64,000 nucleotides of DNA from Planctomycetota bacterium (GTDB lineage: Bacteria; Planctomycetota; JAJSAM01; JAJVHW01), in NCBI GenBank assembly GCA_965248445.1, contig CBDFJG010000003.1, forward strand, positions 672,001 through 736,000, in the 5' to 3' direction. A program made the translations under genes and the position numbers. Shown here in pieces: positions 59,983 to 64,000 of this stretch. Position 1 is the first letter of the stretch, and every line of letters starts with the position of its first letter. The notes under the pieces are model-generated. The model did not search any database. It saw only the letters and a list, made by a program, of their open reading frames with translations, and was not told the DNA's origin.

Positions 59983-60109
59983 GCGATCCCTCCGGCTCCG
60001 TGCAGTCGGCGGCGTCCACCGCTCCCGGCGTGGAGACTACGTCACGGCACGGTCGAGCCACTCAGACGGTCCGGCCGGACGAGCGCGGAGCCCGCCGGAG
60101 CCGGGATTG

Positions 60110-60195
60110 TGGTGCGGAGGGGGGGAGTCGAACCCCCACGTCCGTAAGGACACTAGATTCTGAGTCTAGCGCGTCTGCCATTCCGCCACCCCCGC
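60110..60195 (-). tRNA. tRNA-Leu(CAG)
   Basis: Acceptor GCGGGGG/CCTCCGC, anticodon arm CTAGA-CTCAGAA-TCTAG, long variable arm, GGTTCGA, encoded CCA. Confidence 0.96.
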
Positions 60196-60319
60196 ACGGG
60201 CACAGAGGAAGAGAGGATGCCGTCGCGTCCGGCGGTGTCAACTTAACGAACCCCAGGCAGGGGAATCCGTGCCCGCGATCGGGCGCGCGCTGATCCTGCC
60301 CGGTTCGAGACACACCACG

Positions 60320-60799
60320 ATGGCGAAGCGGCGAACAGAGGACGAGAGCCGGCCCGGGCGGCCGGTGATCCGCAACCCGCGGGCGCGCCACCGGTACGAG
60401 TTCATCGAGAACATCGAGTGCGGCATCGCGCTCGAGGGTCCCGAGGTGAAGAGCCTGCGGGCCGGGCTGGGGAGCCTCGAAGAGGGCTACTGCCGCATCA
60501 AGCGCAACGAACTCTGGCTGGTCGGCGTGCACATCGCCGAGTACGACGCCAAGGGGTACGCGACAGTGGATCCGGTGCGTCCTCGCAAGCTGCTGCTGCG
60601 ACGCCGTGAACTCGTCAATCTGCGCAAGGCCGTGGAACGCAAGGGGCTCACGCTCGTCCCGCTGCGGATCTACTGGAGCGAGCGCAACCTCGCGAAGGTC
60701 GAGATCGCGCTCGCGAAGGGAAAGCGGACGCATGACAAGCGCGCGTCGGAGAAGGCACGCCAGGCATCGCGGGAGATCAGTCGCTACAAGCGCCGCTGA
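60320..60799 (+). CDS. smpB: SsrA-binding protein
   Basis: ARHRY, GIALEGPEVKSLR, RPRKLLL, GLTLVP, GKRTHDKR. Confidence 0.96.
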   Translation: MAKRRTEDESRPGRPVIRNPRARHRYEFIENIECGIALEGPEVKSLRAGLGSLEEGYCRIKRNELWLVGVHIAEYDAKGYATVDPVRPRKLLLRRRELVNLRKAVERKGLTLVPLRIYWSERNLAKVEIALAKGKRTHDKRASEKARQASREISRYKRR

Positions 60800-60849
60800 G
60801 CGGCCGGGCTTCTAGCTGAGCGGCAAGGCCTCTTAGCGGAAGCCTCCGC

Positions 60850-62130
60850 TCAGAGTGACTTGCCCCACTTGCGGAACGCCTCGAGCATGTCGCCGAAGTC
60901 GACGTCGTTCCAGAGGGCGTCGGCCTGCATGGGATCGCCGGTGTCGCGCAGCGTCTGGATGTACTTGTTGTACGTATTGCGGAACTTCGAGCTGTTCTTC
61001 GCGTGGCGCATGAACAGGTGCCAGCACCAGAGGATGTCGACGTCCTCCCCTTCCGGATAGTCGGCCGCCGTCTTGGTGAAGTGGCTGTCGAGGGACGCGT
61101 TGGCACTCTGGATGCGTCCCTTCATCTTCTTCATACGGTCCTTGTCCCACTTCTGGGGCTTGCCCCCGTCGGTGGCGCCGTATGCGCCGTAGCGGGACAG
61201 GCCGGCGCTCAGCCAGTGCGGGACGTCGCCCCCGAAGTAGAACTTCACGTACTGCGACGCGGAGCTGAACCGGACTGGGAGCTCCGACGTGTTCATAGAG
61301 AGCGAGGACGTGCTGGTGCAGAACGCCCAGTCGCGCGGATCGATGTACCCGTCGTTCGGATCGCCCATTTCCAGCGACTCCGCCGCGCGCCGCAGGCCGA
61401 GTGGAAGCTTGTAGACGCGGACGACCGGCGTGGCCTCGAGGTACGGCTTGCCGGGGAGTCCCTTGCGGAGGATGTCGCGGGCATCCGTCATGAGGTCGTC
61501 CGTCCGGCCCATGACGTCGCCGACCTCTTTCTTCCCGACGTTCGTCCAGACCACCATCCCCTTCGCCTTCTTGACGGTCCAGTCGTCGCTCGAGACCGAG
61601 AGGTCGAACGCCTTCTTCTGCTCGTACTTGTCGAGGATCGACTGCGCGAAGTCGCCCAGCTCCTCGCCGGCCTTCGGGTGGGAGATCACCTCGGCGAGCG
61701 TGATCACGCCGTCCATCTCGACCAAGCGCCGCCACGACACGCGGCGCCCGTCAACGACGGTGCCCTGCATCCAGCCTTCGCCCGTCTTCAGCGAGTCCTT
61801 CTCGAATCCGCTCTTGGACGCCACGTACTCGTGGAAGGCCATCGTCAGGCGTTTCGCGCTGCGCATCACCTGCGCATGGAAGGCGGCGTTGAACTTCTTG
61901 CTGGCGGGACCGGTCCAGAAGCCGAGGTCGCCCTTGGACGAGTCCACCCGCTCTGTCTTCCAGTTGCGCGGCAGGTCCACCGAGAACAGGTTCTCATTCT
62001 GGTGGAAGGTCATCGGTTCGCCGGGCTCCCGGTCCGCCTCGTCCTGGCCCACCGCGGACGGCGCGAGGAGGCAGACGGCCAGGGCTGTCGGCAGCCACAG
62101 ATTCCGGAAGGCGGTCGGGTGTGTGCGCAT
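60850..62130 (-). CDS. Secreted hypothetical protein with degenerate DUF1570/peptidase-like segment
   Basis: Signal peptide (MRTHP...SAVG); SSASQY...VPHWLSAGLSRY. Confidence 0.75.
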   Translation of the reverse strand: MRTHPTAFRNLWLPTALAVCLLAPSAVGQDEADREPGEPMTFHQNENLFSVDLPRNWKTERVDSSKGDLGFWTGPASKKFNAAFHAQVMRSAKRLTMAFHEYVASKSGFEKDSLKTGEGWMQGTVVDGRRVSWRRLVEMDGVITLAEVISHPKAGEELGDFAQSILDKYEQKKAFDLSVSSDDWTVKKAKGMVVWTNVGKKEVGDVMGRTDDLMTDARDILRKGLPGKPYLEATPVVRVYKLPLGLRRAAESLEMGDPNDGYIDPRDWAFCTSTSSLSMNTSELPVRFSSASQYVKFYFGGDVPHWLSAGLSRYGAYGATDGGKPQKWDKDRMKKMKGRIQSANASLDSHFTKTAADYPEGEDVDILWCWHLFMRHAKNSSKFRNTYNKYIQTLRDTGDPMQADALWNDVDFGDMLEAFRKWGKSL

Positions 62131-62206
62131 CGGCTCTCTCCAGTGCATTTCCAAGGGCGATGATACGCCCCGCCCGCCTCTCTCCGGACGCCTCGAACGA
62201 CCTTGA

Positions 62207-62250
62207 CGTTCCCCGGGCCTCTGTCTTCCGTTCCCCAGGCCTCTGTCTTC
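62207..62250. repeat. 22-bp tandem duplication
   Basis: CGTTCCCCGGGCCTCTGTCTTC / CGTTCCCCAGGCCTCTGTCTTC (21/22). Confidence 0.85.
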
Positions 62251-62386
62251 GTGGGTCCGAGCCCCCCGCCCGCCTACGATTCACGCAGGTGGACCTCGAG
62301 TCCCACCGCCTCCGCGGCGCGCCTCGCCGCGGGTGACAGAGTGACCACGGGGTGGACGCATCACCGCCCGCGTGGAGCCGCGCATC

Positions 62387-62494
62387 CCTCCTCCCTTGAG
62401 GGGCCTCCTCCCTTGAGGGGCCTCCTCCCTTGAGGGGCCTGCTCCCTCTGAGGGGCCTGCCCTCCTTCTCGGGGGTCCGCCCTCTTTCTTAGGG
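62387..62494. repeat. 17-bp tandem array upstream of ssrA
   Basis: CCTCCTCCCTTGAGGGG x3 perfect (62387-62437) followed by progressively degenerate units. Confidence 0.9.
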
Positions 62495-62516
62495 TCTAGG
62501 GCAGCGGGCGCTTCAC

Positions 62517-62879
62517 GGGGGCGACCGGAATCGACCGGGCGATTCGTCTTCTCGGGTGGCGCGTCGAGGTTCCAGGTGGCCTCGTTAAACCCTGGACCAC
62601 CTTTAGGTGCCAATCACACCTATTCTCTCGCTGCCTAGTTGAACTAGATCCAGCGACGCCCTCAGCCGGCATGCCCGTGGTCGGCGGATGGGCGCCGATT
62701 TACGGGCTGGTCCTCCGTGGTGCCGATCTGCGGAGGGCGAGATCAAACGGTCGGCTGGTCCCCCTGTGAGCGTGTCGCTCTGCGTGCAAGGGGACGAGAC
62801 CCAAATCGAGCGACTACACGCGTAGAAGCCCGAGAAGCAGCGCCACGGGACGGGGGTTCGAATCCCCCCGCCTCCACCA
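62517..62879 (+). ncRNA. ssrA: tmRNA
   Basis: 5' GGGGGCG pairs with 3' CGCCTCC-ACCA including G3.U; T-arm GGTTCGAATCC; tag ORF ANHTYSLAA* at 62609-62638; near smpB. Confidence 0.96.
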
Positions 62880-63002
62880 TTTTTCGAATCGGCGAGGACG
62901 GATCGCATCAAGACCCGTTCTCGCCGTTTTCGATTCAGCCTCGCCGGCGGGGGATACGAACGGCCGGGGCGGGAGGTCACGAAGTGACCGAGCGCGAAGG
63001 AG

Positions 63003-63238
63003 CCATAAACAATGGCTCCTGTCCCGGCACGGGAGAGCCCATGTTCGAGAGGCGTTCGCGAGCGGCGATTGCAACGATCGTCCTCCGCGCGCACCGCGAG
63101 CCAGCCCGCGAAGTCTTCCACTCCGCTCCGGCCCACGGCCTCCGCTCCCGTTCGCTCGTGATGGATCGTCCACCGGACCATCCATCTCCGCCTACAGCGC
63201 ACCCTCGCTCACCCATGAACAATGGCTCCTGTCCCGGC
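63003..63238. repeat. Pair of 26-bp direct repeats 210 bp apart
   Basis: CCAT(A/G)AACAATGGCTCCTGTCCCGGC at 63003-63028 and 63213-63238. Confidence 0.85.
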
Positions 63239-63247
63239 GCGTCGCGC

Positions 63248-64000
63248 GTAACCGTTCACCCCTTCGTCGCGAGCCAGGATCCAGATCGTTCGGCCATCGG
63301 TCGATCAAGAGGTTGTGGGCGAGCGGCAGGACGAGGATCTGCGGGCGATGGTCGAGGGCCTTCTGGCCTGGATCGAGGAGCTGGAGCGTCGCGAAGCGAA
63401 GCATCTGCGCCGCATCGACGAGCTCGAGTCGCGTCTGAAGCGTGACTCCCGCAACAGCTCGAGGCCTCCGTCGTCGGACCCGGCGTGGTCCAAGCGCCGT
63501 CGCGGCCGAAGGCCGCGTAGCGGTCGCCAGCAGGGCGGACAGCCGGGCCATGAGGGCACGGCGCGCGAGCTGGTGGATCCGTCCAACGTCGATGAGACCA
63601 AGGAGCACCGTCCCGACCTCTGCGACGCGTGCGGACACGACGATCTCGAGCAGGGCATCGGCGATCCGTACCGGCACCAGGTGACGGTGCTCCCGCGCGT
63701 GCTCGTCACGGTGCGGGAGCACCGGCTGCACAAGGCGCGGTGCCGGCGCTGTCGTGCGGTCACGACGGCGGTCCTGCCCGATGGCGTGCCGACCGGGGCC
63801 TTCGGTCCGCGGCTGACCACACTTGCCGGCGCGCTGCGCGGCGTGTACCGCGTGAGCGTGCGGGAGACGCAGCGGCTGCTCGGTGAGATCTTCGGTGTGA
63901 AGATGTCGCTGGGCAAGATCAGCGACTGTGAGCGTCGGCTCAGTGACGCTCTGCACTCGTCGTACCTCGAAGCCCTCGGGGCAGTCCGCACGTCGCTGCG
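63248..64000 (+). mobile_element. IS66-family (ISBst12-like) element, truncated by window end
   Basis: Starts GTAACCGTTCACC; transposase ORF follows directly with no accessory ORFs. Confidence 0.85.
63315..64000 (+). CDS. IS66 transposase (partial)
   Basis: Hand translation: coiled coil, KRDSRNSSRPPSSD, GGQPGHEG, CDACG, CRRC, FGPRL; runs off the window. Confidence 0.88.
   Translation, partial: MGERQDEDLRAMVEGLLAWIEELERREAKHLRRIDELESRLKRDSRNSSRPPSSDPAWSKRRRGRRPRSGRQQGGQPGHEGTARELVDPSNVDETKEHRPDLCDACGHDDLEQGIGDPYRHQVTVLPRVLVTVREHRLHKARCRRCRAVTTAVLPDGVPTGAFGPRLTTLAGALRGVYRVSVRETQRLLGEIFGVKMSLGKISDCERRLSDALHSSYLEALGAVRTSL

Noticed and set aside
62387..62494. Possible CRISPR array
   Set aside because: Units are contiguous with no spacers, and no cas genes are in the window
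63003..63238. CRISPR or integron attC interpretation of the 26-bp repeats
   Set aside because: Only two copies with a 184-bp gap; no attC box structure or integrase seen

Overview
GC-rich bacterial chromosomal window, probably from a Planctomycetota lineage (inferred from a planctomycete-type ERR/FPTWSEVL protein, prenyltransferase-repeat, HEAT and DUF1570-like proteins, a eukaryote-type UAP and mqnA). It most likely spans the replication terminus: a XerCD dif-like site sits at 26229-26256, and gene orientation switches there from mostly + to mostly -. Housekeeping genes include htpG, purM, cca, mqnA, ddl, rpmF-plsX-fabD-fabG-acpP-fabF, alaS, recA, thpR, fabI, tRNA-Leu(CAG), smpB and tmRNA. 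A surface-glycan locus carries a DprE1/DprE2-like pair, an O-antigen ligase/polymerase, DUF362, a CapK-like ligase, a flippase and a GT4 gene frameshifted by an exact 8-bp duplication. Mobile elements are an IS1380 (one full copy plus the identical end of a second), a complete IS1595 and the start of an IS66. Best candidates for undescribed biology: an Arg-rich YxGxERR putative c-di-GMP sensor coupled to a DHH phosphoesterase opposite pilC; two secreted apparent pseudo-enzymes; a HEAT/orphan ABC ATPase/pentaheme cytochrome/TPR operon; extra Xer-arm-like repeats beside dif; and repeat arrays around ssrA. Family calls come from motif recognition by eye; no database searches were run.
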